Translations under genes and position numbers: made by a program | Origin: Longivirga aurantiaca | GTDB taxonomy: Bacteria > Actinomycetota > Actinomycetes > S36-B12 > CAIYMF01 | Direction of reading: 5' to 3' | Assembly (NCBI RefSeq): GCF_042660085.1 | Contig: NZ_JBHSTI010000051.1 | Location: 3,089 to 35,088 of the forward strand | Length of the DNA stretch: 32,000 nucleotides | Notes under the pieces: generated by a model | What the model was told of the DNA's origin: nothing | Databases searched by the model: none | Seen by the model: the letters and a program-made list of their open reading frames with translations, nothing else | Shown here: piece after piece, positions 7,336-15,746 of the stretch | Layout of the letters: each line of letters opens with the position of its first letter | Numbering within the stretch: the stretch's first letter is position 1

Positions 7336-8264
7336 CCAAGGTCGCCGTGGTCGCGCATTCCGGCAAGACGTTCGGAGGCGGGCTGCCCGAGCTCCACGAC
7401 GTCCTCGCGCACGAGGGCGTCGACGTCCTCTGGTACGAGGTGCCGAAGAGCAAGCACGCCCCGAAAGCGGTGCGCAGGGCGCTGAAGCAGGGCGCCGAGC
7501 TCGTCCTCGCCTGGGGCGGCGACGGCATGCAGCAGCGCTGCATCGAGGTGCTCGCGGGCACCGGCGTTCCGCTCGGGATCCTGCCTGCCGGCACCGGCAA
7601 CCTGCTCGCGACGAACCTCGACGTGCCGACGACCGTCGCGGACGCGGTGGCGGTCGCGCTGCACGGCGACCGGCGGGCCCTCGACACCGGTGTCTGCAAC
7701 GGCGAGCACTTCGCCGTGATGGCGGGCGCGGGCTTCGACGCGCTCATGATCAAGGACGCCGACCGAGGACTGAAGGACCGCATCGGCAGGGCCGCCTACC
7801 TGTGGACCGGCCTGCGCAACATCAGCGCCGCGCAGGTGCACGGCCGGGTCAAGGTGGACGGCAACCTCTTCTACGAGGGGCAGCTCTCGTGCGTGCTCGT
7901 CGGCAACGTCTCGAAGGTCTTCGCGGGCATCGAGGCGTTCGACGGCGCCCGTCCGGACGACGGGGTGCTCGAGGTCGCCGTCGTGTCTGCCAGCACGCCG
8001 GTCGAGTGGACCCGCGCGGTGACACGCGTGGTCGCCGACCGCGCAGAGAGGTCGCCGTTCATCGACGTGACGAGCGGTCGGAGGATCCGGGTCGCTCTGA
8101 GGACCAAGCTCGCGTACGAGATCGACGGCGGCGACCGTCCGCCGACGAAGAAGCTGCGCATCGACGTCCGTCCCGCGTCCGTGACGGTGTGCGTGCCGCA
8201 GCGCACCACGGAGATCCAGCAGGTCGACCACGCCGAGGGGGTTGAGCCGGTCGCTGCCGGGTAG
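7332..8264 (+). CDS. Diacylglycerol kinase catalytic-domain family lipid kinase (YegS/Rv2252-like)
   Basis: MTKVAVVAHSGK...LVLAWGGDGMQQ...LGILPAGTGNLLATNL matches the DAGK_cat signature. ATGA overlap with the PAP2 stop (7332-7335). Only the last 310 codons of track ORF 6303-8264 are credible. Confidence 0.9.
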   Translation: MTKVAVVAHSGKTFGGGLPELHDVLAHEGVDVLWYEVPKSKHAPKAVRRALKQGAELVLAWGGDGMQQRCIEVLAGTGVPLGILPAGTGNLLATNLDVPTTVADAVAVALHGDRRALDTGVCNGEHFAVMAGAGFDALMIKDADRGLKDRIGRAAYLWTGLRNISAAQVHGRVKVDGNLFYEGQLSCVLVGNVSKVFAGIEAFDGARPDDGVLEVAVVSASTPVEWTRAVTRVVADRAERSPFIDVTSGRRIRVALRTKLAYEIDGGDRPPTKKLRIDVRPASVTVCVPQRTTEIQQVDHAEGVEPVAAG

Positions 8265-8320
8265 AACCCCTGGGCACGGTGCGAGGTGCGCCGTGCTCCG
8301 CACAACGAGAGGGGCCAGTC

Positions 8321-8596
8321 ATGGGTATCGGAGCGAGCATCTTCCTGCTGGCGGTCGGCGCGATCCTGGCGTTCGCCGTCAACGCGCAGGTCGCAGGCAT
8401 CGACATCCAGGTGGTCGGCTGGGTCCTCATGGGCGCCGGTGTCATCGGCCTGCTCATGACCCTGCTGGTCTTCGCCCCCCGTCGGCGTCGTCTGGTGCGC
8501 GAGACCGGCGTGCCGTACGGCTCGGTCGCCCCTGACGGCGACCTCCCCGTGTCCCGCAACGTCGTCACCACCGAGGTGCGCGACGACGTCGTGTGA
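8321..8596 (+). CDS. Small 2-TM membrane protein (DUF6458-like)
   Basis: MGIGASIFLLAVGAILAFAV...VVGWVLMGAGVIGLLMTLLVF followed by a basic RRRR stretch. ATG at 8321 is preceded by GAGAGGGG. The family assignment is from memory only. Confidence 0.65.
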   Translation: MGIGASIFLLAVGAILAFAVNAQVAGIDIQVVGWVLMGAGVIGLLMTLLVFAPRRRRLVRETGVPYGSVAPDGDLPVSRNVVTTEVRDDVV

Positions 8597-8597
8597 A

Positions 8598-8638
8598 GCC
8601 GCTGAGCCCCCGTCACGGGGGTGCGGGGGCTCAGCGGC
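8598..8638 (+). terminator. Intrinsic-terminator-like hairpin
   Basis: GCCGCTGAGCCCCC (8598-8611) and GGGGGCTCAGCGGC (8625-8638) form a perfect 14-bp stem 2 nt after the stop of the small membrane gene. There is no clear U-tract. Confidence 0.6.
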
Positions 8639-8745
8639 GGGTGACGAACGAGGCTCCGGGCGCGCGAGGACGGGGATGCGGTCCTACCGTGCTCCCTGTG
8701 GCGGCCCCGGGTGCCGTCCGACGTCGTGCGAACCGAGGAGCGCCC

Positions 8746-9063
8746 ATGTCCGAGCAGCTGACCGACCCCACCGCTGAGGCGACCGAGGGCTGCGTCGGCT
8801 GCGGATGCGGCGCTGGCGGCTGCGGCGGGTCGGGCGCTGCCCCCGTCGTCGACCTCGGGGCCGTGAAGTCCGAGGTGCGCCGGGCCGTCGTCGAGGCGGT
8901 CGTCGCCGTCGTGCCCGTGGACGACGAGGTCGTGTTCGTCGCCCCGCACGAGGTGCTGCCGCTGATGCGCTCGCTGATCGACTCCGACGCCGGCGCGCTC
9001 CAGGCGTCGTACGACGAGGAGGGCCCCGAGCTCTGGGCCCTGCGGGTGCGCCGCCTCCGCTAG
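8746..9063 (+). CDS. DUF2249-like small protein with an N-terminal Cys/Gly-rich four-cysteine motif (paralog 1)
   Basis: The ATG at 8746 is preceded by GAGGAG. The N-terminus is GCVGCGCGAGGCGG. The core VVDL...EVRRAVV...VAPHEVLPL...YDEEGPELWALRVRR follows the DUF2249 pattern (LDVR..RH....HDP.PL....Y.E.GPE.W.V.I). About half of the core positions are identical to the ORF at 19593-19907. Confidence 0.75.
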   Translation: MSEQLTDPTAEATEGCVGCGCGAGGCGGSGAAPVVDLGAVKSEVRRAVVEAVVAVVPVDDEVVFVAPHEVLPLMRSLIDSDAGALQASYDEEGPELWALRVRRLR

Positions 9064-9079
9064 CGCGCCCGTCCCTGAG

Positions 9080-9835
9080 TCAGCCGCGGCGGATTGGCTC
9101 CCAGCCCCGCTGCGGGTCGCGGTTGCCGGTGACTGTCGTGTCACGGCTGCGGTAGACGAGGTACGGCCGCGAGACGTAGCCGACCGGTGCGCTGAAGATG
9201 TGCACGAGGCGCGTGAACGGCACGAGGGCGAAGAGCAGCATCGCGACCGCGGCGTGGAGCTGGAACGACAGGGGCGCACCCGTCATGTCGCCCGGGTCCG
9301 GGCTCAGCACGAAGAGGCTCCGGAACCACACTGCAACGGACTCTCGGTAGTTGTAGCCGTCCGGGTAGCCGCCGGTGAGGTTGAGCAGGTTGATGCCCAC
9401 GGTGTTGAAGACGCCCAGGCCGACGACGGCACCCAGGAACACGTACATGACCTTGTCCATCGTCGTGGTCACGGAGAACACGCGTCCGACCGTGCGGCGG
9501 CGGTAGATCAGGATCGACAGGCCCGTGACGACCATGACCGCTGCGATCACGCCGAAAGCCACCGCGGCCACGTGGTACATGTGCTCCGAGACGCCGATCG
9601 TCTCGGTCCACCCGGCGGGGATGAGCAGGCCGAGCACGTGACCGCCGAGCGCCAGCAGGATGCCGACGTGGAACAGCGGGCTGCCGATGCGCAGCAGCTT
9701 GGTCTCGTACATCTGCGAGGACCGCGTCGTCCAGCCGTAGGCGTCGTACTTGTAGCGCCAGAACATCCCGACGGCGAACGCCACGAGGCTGACGTAGGGC
9801 AGGACGACCCAGACGAACGTCTGCACGGTGGTCAT
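9080..9835 (-). CDS. narI: Respiratory nitrate reductase gamma subunit (dihaem b membrane anchor)
   Basis: 251 aa. VLPYVSLVAFAVGMFWRYKYD..GWTTRSSQ..E...LRIGSPLFHVGIL is the canonical NarI N-terminus. ATGA overlap with narJ. Confidence 0.95.
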   Translation of the reverse strand: MTTVQTFVWVVLPYVSLVAFAVGMFWRYKYDAYGWTTRSSQMYETKLLRIGSPLFHVGILLALGGHVLGLLIPAGWTETIGVSEHMYHVAAVAFGVIAAVMVVTGLSILIYRRRTVGRVFSVTTTMDKVMYVFLGAVVGLGVFNTVGINLLNLTGGYPDGYNYRESVAVWFRSLFVLSPDPGDMTGAPLSFQLHAAVAMLLFALVPFTRLVHIFSAPVGYVSRPYLVYRSRDTTVTGNRDPQRGWEPIRRG

Positions 9836-10479
9836 GCGTGCACACCTGCCTTCAGCGACTCGACGGGGAAGAACGGGGCGAGGCCGACCTGCTCGGCCGG
9901 CGGGCCGGCGAAGGCGAGCTCCTCCGCCGTGGGGCCGTCAGGAGCGGCGGGGACGACGGCGAGCAGCGCCGACACCGGATCGACATAGGGCGAGTCGAAC
10001 TTCGCGAGCGCGTGCTCGAGCAGCTCGAGCCCGGCCCGGTGCCGGGCCAGCATCTCCAGCGCCGCGTCGACGGGTCCGACGGCACCGAACTCGAGCACCA
10101 CCGGCAGGAAGTCGGGGAGCTCTTCCGGCCCGAGGTCGAACCCGGCCTCCTGATACCTCTCCTTGAAGCCGACGAGGGCCATCCCGCGGCTTCGCGTGTC
10201 GCCGTTGAGGAACCAGGTGAGGTAGAGGCATGCCTTGCGCCTGCGGTCGAAGATCTCGACGTAATGCGCCTGAGCATTGACGAGGTCCGTGCTCGAGAGC
10301 CACTCGGTCATGCGCCGCAGTGGTTCGCGCGAACCGTGGGGGAGCTCGTCGAGGCTGCGGCCGACGAGGTTCAGCCTGTCGACCGCTCCCTGGTCCGGGT
10401 ACGACAGCAGCATCGACGTGGTGGCGAGCAGGCGGCGTACCGCAGGCGCCTCGCTCTCGGGGAGATGGTGGGTGATCAC
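9832..10479 (-). CDS. narJ: Nitrate reductase molybdenum cofactor assembly chaperone
   Basis: 215 aa positioned between narH and narI, with a NarJ-like LLSYPD...AHYVEIFD motif. GTGA overlap with narH and ATGA overlap with narI. Confidence 0.9.
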   Translation of the reverse strand: MITHHLPESEAPAVRRLLATTSMLLSYPDQGAVDRLNLVGRSLDELPHGSREPLRRMTEWLSSTDLVNAQAHYVEIFDRRRKACLYLTWFLNGDTRSRGMALVGFKERYQEAGFDLGPEELPDFLPVVLEFGAVGPVDAALEMLARHRAGLELLEHALAKFDSPYVDPVSALLAVVPAAPDGPTAEELAFAGPPAEQVGLAPFFPVESLKAGVHA

Positions 10480-12050
10480 TGCGACCCTCCCGGGAGGTCG
10501 GCGTTCGAGTCGGCCTCGAAGCGCTGCTTGGTGAGATGGAAGCTCTCGATCGAGACGGGTACCGGCTTGCCGTCACCGACGACGGGCTGCATCCCCGGCC
10601 CGCCCTCGAAGTCGAGCGAGCATCCGGGCGACTCCTCCAGCGCGGCAGCCGCCTCCTGGTGCGCGCGCGGGATCACATATCGGCTCTCGTACTTCGCGAT
10701 CGCGAGCAGCCGGTACATCTCGTAGAGGTCCTCGCCCGTGAGGCCGACCGCCTCCGCGATCGACTCGTCGGTGTCGCGACCGAGGTTGATGTCGCGCATG
10801 TACGAGCGCATCGCTGCCAGCCGCTTGAGGACGCCGTCGACCACGGGCACGTCGCCTGCCGTGAGGAGGTTGGCCAGATAGCCGATGGGGATCCGTAGGG
10901 CGTCGATCGCGCCGAACAGGTTGCCGGCGTCCTCGGCGTCATGGCCGCTGTTGGCGAGCGCGTCCACCACCGGCGACAGCGGCGGGATGTACCAGACCAT
11001 CGGCATGGTGCGGTACTCCGGGTGCAGCGGCAGCGCGAGGCGGTACTTCTTGGCCAGCGTGTAGACGGGCGACTTCTGCGCCGCCTCGATCCAGTCGTCG
11101 GCGATCCCGTCGCGACGTGCCTGGGCGACGACCTCGGGGTCGTTCGGGTCGAGGAGCACGTCGAGCTGCGCCTCGTACAGGTCCTTGTCGTCCTCGACCG
11201 AAGCCGCGGCGAGCACCTTGTCCACGTCGTACAGGAAGAGGCCGATGTAGCGCAGGCGCCCGACGCAGGTCTCGGCGCAGACGGTCGGCTGACCCACCTC
11301 GAGGCGGGGGTAGCAGAACGTGCACTTCTCGGCCTTGCCGGTCTTGTGGTTGAAGTAGACCTTCTTGTACGGGCAGCCCGAGACGCACATGCGCCAGCCG
11401 CGGCAGCGGTCCTGGTCGACGAGCACGATGCCGTCCTCTGACCGTTTGTACATCGCGCCGGACGGGCAGGCGGCGACGCACGCCGGGTTGAGGCAGTGCT
11501 CGCAGATCCGCGGCAGGTAGAACATGAACGCCTTCTCGAGCTCGAAGACCACGCTGTCCTCGATGCCCTTGAGCATCGGATCGAGGTGGCCGCGCTCGTG
11601 CGTCCCGCCGAGGTCGTCGTCCCAGTTGGCGCCCCAGCGGATCTCGGTGTCCTTGCCCGTGATCATGGACTTCGGGCGGGCGACAGGGGTGGTGTCCATG
11701 GCCGGCGAGCTGATGAGGGTGTCGTAGTCGTACGTCCACGGCTCGTAGTAGTCGTCGAGCGACGGGAGCTTGGGGTTGCTGAAGATCTGGGTGAGCCGGC
11801 GGATGCGGCCGCCGCTGCGCAGCTTGAGCCGGCCGCGCTTCGTGCGGACCCAGCCGCCCTTCCACTGCTCCTGGTCCTCGTGCCGCTTGGGGTAGCCGAG
11901 ACCGGGCCGGGTCTCGACGTTGTTGAACCAGACGTACTCGACACCCGTGCGGTTGGTCCACGTCTGCTTGCACGTGACCGAGCAGGTGTGGCACCCGATG
12001 CACTTGTCGAGGTTCATCACCATGCCCACCTGGGCCATGACGCGTGTCAT
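10476..12050 (-). CDS. narH: Respiratory nitrate reductase beta (Fe-S) subunit
   Basis: Starts MTRVMAQVGMVMNLDKCIGCHTCSVTCK. Further ferredoxin Cys clusters are present (CEHCLNPACVAACPSGA, CRGWRMCVSGCPYKK, CTFCYPR...CAETCVGR). The ATG at 12050 overlaps the narG stop by 1 nt. The track's 200-aa upstream extension was rejected. Confidence 0.95.
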   Translation of the reverse strand: MTRVMAQVGMVMNLDKCIGCHTCSVTCKQTWTNRTGVEYVWFNNVETRPGLGYPKRHEDQEQWKGGWVRTKRGRLKLRSGGRIRRLTQIFSNPKLPSLDDYYEPWTYDYDTLISSPAMDTTPVARPKSMITGKDTEIRWGANWDDDLGGTHERGHLDPMLKGIEDSVVFELEKAFMFYLPRICEHCLNPACVAACPSGAMYKRSEDGIVLVDQDRCRGWRMCVSGCPYKKVYFNHKTGKAEKCTFCYPRLEVGQPTVCAETCVGRLRYIGLFLYDVDKVLAAASVEDDKDLYEAQLDVLLDPNDPEVVAQARRDGIADDWIEAAQKSPVYTLAKKYRLALPLHPEYRTMPMVWYIPPLSPVVDALANSGHDAEDAGNLFGAIDALRIPIGYLANLLTAGDVPVVDGVLKRLAAMRSYMRDINLGRDTDESIAEAVGLTGEDLYEMYRLLAIAKYESRYVIPRAHQEAAAALEESPGCSLDFEGGPGMQPVVGDGKPVPVSIESFHLTKQRFEADSNADLPGGSQ

Positions 12051-15000
12051 CAGTACTGCACCTCCTGCGACCGGCGACGGATAGTCGTCACCTCGTCGCG
12101 CTGGTTGCCGGTGGGGCCGTAGTAGTTGAAGCCGTACGACAGCTGCGCGTAGCCGCCGATGAGGTGGGTCGGCTTGAGCAGCAGCCGCGTGAGCGAGTTG
12201 TGGATGCCGCCGCGCTTCCCGGTCTTCTCGACCCGGGGGACGCCGACCGTGCGGTCCTTCGCGTGGTACATGTAGACAGTGCCCTCGGGCATGCGGTGGC
12301 TGACGACGGCGCGCGCGACGACGATGCCGTTGCGGTTGTGCGCCTCGATCCAGTCGTTGTCGCGCACGCCGATCTTCTCGGCGTCCTCGCGGCTCATCCA
12401 GATGTCGGGACCTCCGCGCGAGAGTGCCAGCATGAAGAGGTTGTCCTGGTACTCGGAGTGGATCGACCACTTCGAGTGCGGGGTCAGGTAGCGGACGACG
12501 ACCTGCTGCTCGTCGTGGTCGCCGATCGTCGGGTAGCCCGCGATGGCCGCGAGGTTGAGCGGCGGCCGGTACGTGGGGAAGCACTCGCCGACCTCGGCCA
12601 TCCAGTCGTGGTCGAGGAAGAAGTGCTGACGCCCCGTCAGCGTGTGCCACGGCTTCTTGCGCTCGACGTTGATGGTGAACGGAGAGTACCGGCGCCCTCC
12701 GTGCTCGCTACCCGACCACTCCCACGAGGTGATGACGGGCTGGGGCCGGCTCTGGGTGTCGGCGAACGTGATGTGCTTGCCCTCGTTGTCGCGCGCGAGG
12801 TCGGCGAGCACCTGTCCGGTGCGCTTCTCGAGGAACTCGAAGCCGGCCACGGCGACCGCGCCGTTGCTGACGCCGGAGAGGGTGAGGATCGCCTCGCACA
12901 CCTGCTCGGCCGTCTCGATCCGGGGGCGTCCGTCGGCCACGCCGCCCACGACCGTGCCGTTGACCTTCTTCAGGTGCTCCACGGACTTCGGCTGCCTGAG
13001 CGTGATTCCCTTGACCACCGTGCCGATGCTCTCGACGTTGGGCCCGAGGGCGCCCATCTTCGCGGCGATGGCCGAGTAGTCGCGCTCGACGACCACGAGG
13101 TTGGGCATGGTGCGGCCGGGGACCGGCTCGCACTCGCCGGCGCGCCAGTCGAGCACGCGGCCGCCGGGCTGGGAGATCTCGCTGGGGGTGTCGTGCTGCT
13201 GCGGCAGCGCGACGACGTCCTTGACGACACCGAGCCGTGGCCCGGCGAGCTCGGTGAACACCGCCGCCATCTTCTGGAAGACGTCGTGGTCGCTGCGGCA
13301 CTGCCACGGTGGCGAGATCGCCGCGTTGAACGCGTGGATGAACGGGTGCATGTCGGTCGAGGAGATGTCGTACTTCTCGTACCAGGTCGCGGCCGGGAGC
13401 AGCACGTCGCTGAACAGCCCGGTGCTCGTCATGCGGAAGTCGAGCGACACCAGGAGGTCGAGCTTCCCGGTGGGCGCCTCGTCCCGCCAGGCCACCGTCT
13501 TCGGCCGCTTGCCCTCGGGCGTCTGGCCGCCGTCGATGGCGCCGTCCGCACCGAGCAGGTGGTGCAGGAAGTACTCGTTGCCCTTCCCGCTCGAGCCGAG
13601 CAGGTTCGCGCGCCAGACCGTGAGCACTCGAGGGAAGTTCTCGGGCGCGTCCGGGTCCTCGACCGAGAACTTGAGACGGTCGGCCTTCAGCTCCTGCACC
13701 ACGTAGTCGGGAGCGGACATGCCTGCGGCCTCCGCGTCGGCAGCGAGCGTGATCGGGTTGCGGTCGAACGTGGGGTACGACGGCGTCCAGCCCATGCGGA
13801 CCGCCTGGGCCAGCGTGTCGGCCATGGCCTGGCCGGTGAACCGACCGGTCCCGAGCGGGGTCGCGACCTCGTCGGCGCCGAACGCGTCGTACCGCCACTG
13901 GTCGGTGTGGAGGTACCAGAACGATGTGCCGGCCATCTGGCGCGGCGGGCGCGACCAGTCGGCGCCGAAGGCGAGCTGCGCCCAGCCGGTGAACGGCCGG
14001 GCCTTCTCCTGACCCACGTAGTGGGCCCAGCCTCCGCCGTTCTTGCCCTGGCAGCCGGTGAGCAGCACCAGGCTGATGATCGCGCGGTAGATCGTGTCGG
14101 AGTGGTACCAGTGGTTGGTGCCGGCACCGAGCGTGATCATCGAGCGACCGCCGGAGTCCTCGGCGTTCTGCGCGAACTCGCGGGCGATGCGCTCGACGGT
14201 CGCCGCCGGGACGGAGGTGATCTCCTCCTGCCAGGCCGGCGTGTACGGCGCATCCGCGTCGTCGTACCCGGCGCCCCACGTGCCGGGCAGGCCGTCGCGG
14301 GCCACGCCGTACTGCGCGAGCAGGAGGTCGTAGACCGTGGTCACGAGCCGGTCGCCCATGCGGCGCACGGGCACACCTCGCCGGATGACGCTGCCGCGCT
14401 CGGTGCCGTTCTCTCCGGCGTCGAACCGAGGAAGGTCGACGGTCACAGTCTCGGCGCCGTCCGCGTGCATGGTGAGCAGCGGGTCGACGTCGCCGAGGTC
14501 GAGGTTCCAGTGGCCCATCCCGGACTCGTTGTGGCGGAAGCCGATCGAGCCGTCGGGCACGACCGTCTCGCCGGTCGCGGCATCGATGAGAACCGGCTTC
14601 CACTCGGCCGCCTCGACATCCTGGCCGAGGTCTGCGGCGTTGACGAAGCGGTCGGGGACGAACGACTCGCCGTGCGCGCGGAGCGAGACGAGGAAGGGCA
14701 GGTCGGTGTAGCGCTTGGAGTAGTCGACGAACATCGGCACCTGCCGCTGCACGTAGAACTCGCGCAGGATCACGTGGCCCATCGCCATGGCGAGCGCACC
14801 GTCGGTGCCCGGGTGCGCGGGCAGCCACTCGTCGGCGAACTTGGTGTTGTCGGCGTAGTCGGGGCTGACCGTCACGACCTTCTGGCCCTTGTAGCGGGCC
14901 TCGGTCATGAAGTGCGCGTCCGGGGTACGAGTCGTAGGGATGTTGGAGCCCCACATGATCAGGTAGCTCGCGTTCCACCAGTCGGCCGACTCGGGGACGT

Positions 15001-15745
15001 CGGTCTGATCGCCCCAGATCTGCGGCGACGCGATCGGCAGGTCGCAGTACCAGTCGTAGAACGACAGCATCGTGCCGCCGATGAGCGAGGTGTAGCGGGC
15101 TCCGGCTGCGTGCGAGGCCATCGACATCGCGGGGATCGGCGAGAACCCGGCGACGCGGTCGGGACCCCAGCGGTCGATCGTGTGCACCTGGGCGGCGGCC
15201 ACCATCTCGAGCGCCTCGTCCCAGGAGGCGCGGACGAGACCGCCCTTGCCGCGGGCGGACATGTAGGTGCGGCGCTTGGCGTCGTCGTCGACGATGCTCG
15301 CCCACGCCGCGACGGGGTCGCCCCCGTGGGCGACCTTGGCTGCGCGGTACATCTCGAGGAGCACACCGCGGATGTACGGGTAGCGCACGCGCGTCGGCGA
15401 GTAGGTGTACCAGGAGAAGGCGGCACCACGGGGGCAGCCGCGGGGCTCGTACTCGGGGGAGTCGGCGCCGACGGACGGGTAGTCGGTCTGCTGCGTCTCC
15501 CACGTGATGATGCCGTCCTTGACGTACACCTTCCACGAGCACGAGCCCGTGCAGTTCACGCCATGGGTGGAGCGCACGACGCGGTCGTGCGACCAGCGGT
15601 CGCGGTAGAAGACGTCGCCCTCGCGACCGCCGACGTAGTGCACCGCGCGGTGGTCGGGAGAGGTCTCGCTGCGGGTCAGGAACGAGCGGGCGCTGATGAG
15701 GGCGTCGACGAAGGGGTCGTCGATGCGCGTCGGGGTCTCGGTCAC
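12050..15745 (-). CDS. narG: Respiratory nitrate reductase alpha (Mo-bisMGD catalytic) subunit
   Basis: About 1231 aa from the GTG at 15745 (VTETPTRIDDPF). Has the FS0 motif HGVNCTGSCSWKVYVKDG and NarG-typical blocks throughout. The track ORF's extra 187 N-terminal codons overlap the regulator gene out of frame. Confidence 0.95.
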   Translation of the reverse strand: MTETPTRIDDPFVDALISARSFLTRSETSPDHRAVHYVGGREGDVFYRDRWSHDRVVRSTHGVNCTGSCSWKVYVKDGIITWETQQTDYPSVGADSPEYEPRGCPRGAAFSWYTYSPTRVRYPYIRGVLLEMYRAAKVAHGGDPVAAWASIVDDDAKRRTYMSARGKGGLVRASWDEALEMVAAAQVHTIDRWGPDRVAGFSPIPAMSMASHAAGARYTSLIGGTMLSFYDWYCDLPIASPQIWGDQTDVPESADWWNASYLIMWGSNIPTTRTPDAHFMTEARYKGQKVVTVSPDYADNTKFADEWLPAHPGTDGALAMAMGHVILREFYVQRQVPMFVDYSKRYTDLPFLVSLRAHGESFVPDRFVNAADLGQDVEAAEWKPVLIDAATGETVVPDGSIGFRHNESGMGHWNLDLGDVDPLLTMHADGAETVTVDLPRFDAGENGTERGSVIRRGVPVRRMGDRLVTTVYDLLLAQYGVARDGLPGTWGAGYDDADAPYTPAWQEEITSVPAATVERIAREFAQNAEDSGGRSMITLGAGTNHWYHSDTIYRAIISLVLLTGCQGKNGGGWAHYVGQEKARPFTGWAQLAFGADWSRPPRQMAGTSFWYLHTDQWRYDAFGADEVATPLGTGRFTGQAMADTLAQAVRMGWTPSYPTFDRNPITLAADAEAAGMSAPDYVVQELKADRLKFSVEDPDAPENFPRVLTVWRANLLGSSGKGNEYFLHHLLGADGAIDGGQTPEGKRPKTVAWRDEAPTGKLDLLVSLDFRMTSTGLFSDVLLPAATWYEKYDISSTDMHPFIHAFNAAISPPWQCRSDHDVFQKMAAVFTELAGPRLGVVKDVVALPQQHDTPSEISQPGGRVLDWRAGECEPVPGRTMPNLVVVERDYSAIAAKMGALGPNVESIGTVVKGITLRQPKSVEHLKKVNGTVVGGVADGRPRIETAEQVCEAILTLSGVSNGAVAVAGFEFLEKRTGQVLADLARDNEGKHITFADTQSRPQPVITSWEWSGSEHGGRRYSPFTINVERKKPWHTLTGRQHFFLDHDWMAEVGECFPTYRPPLNLAAIAGYPTIGDHDEQQVVVRYLTPHSKWSIHSEYQDNLFMLALSRGGPDIWMSREDAEKIGVRDNDWIEAHNRNGIVVARAVVSHRMPEGTVYMYHAKDRTVGVPRVEKTGKRGGIHNSLTRLLLKPTHLIGGYAQLSYGFNYYGPTGNQRDEVTTIRRRSQEVQY

Positions 15746-15746
15746 G

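Noticed and set aside
12051-12650. Upstream 200-codon extension of the narH ORF (track ORF 10476-12650)
   Set aside because: The extension overlaps the 3' end of narG in another frame. The canonical NarH N-terminus (MTRVMAQVGMVMNLDKCIGCHTC) starts at 12050, overlapping the narG stop.
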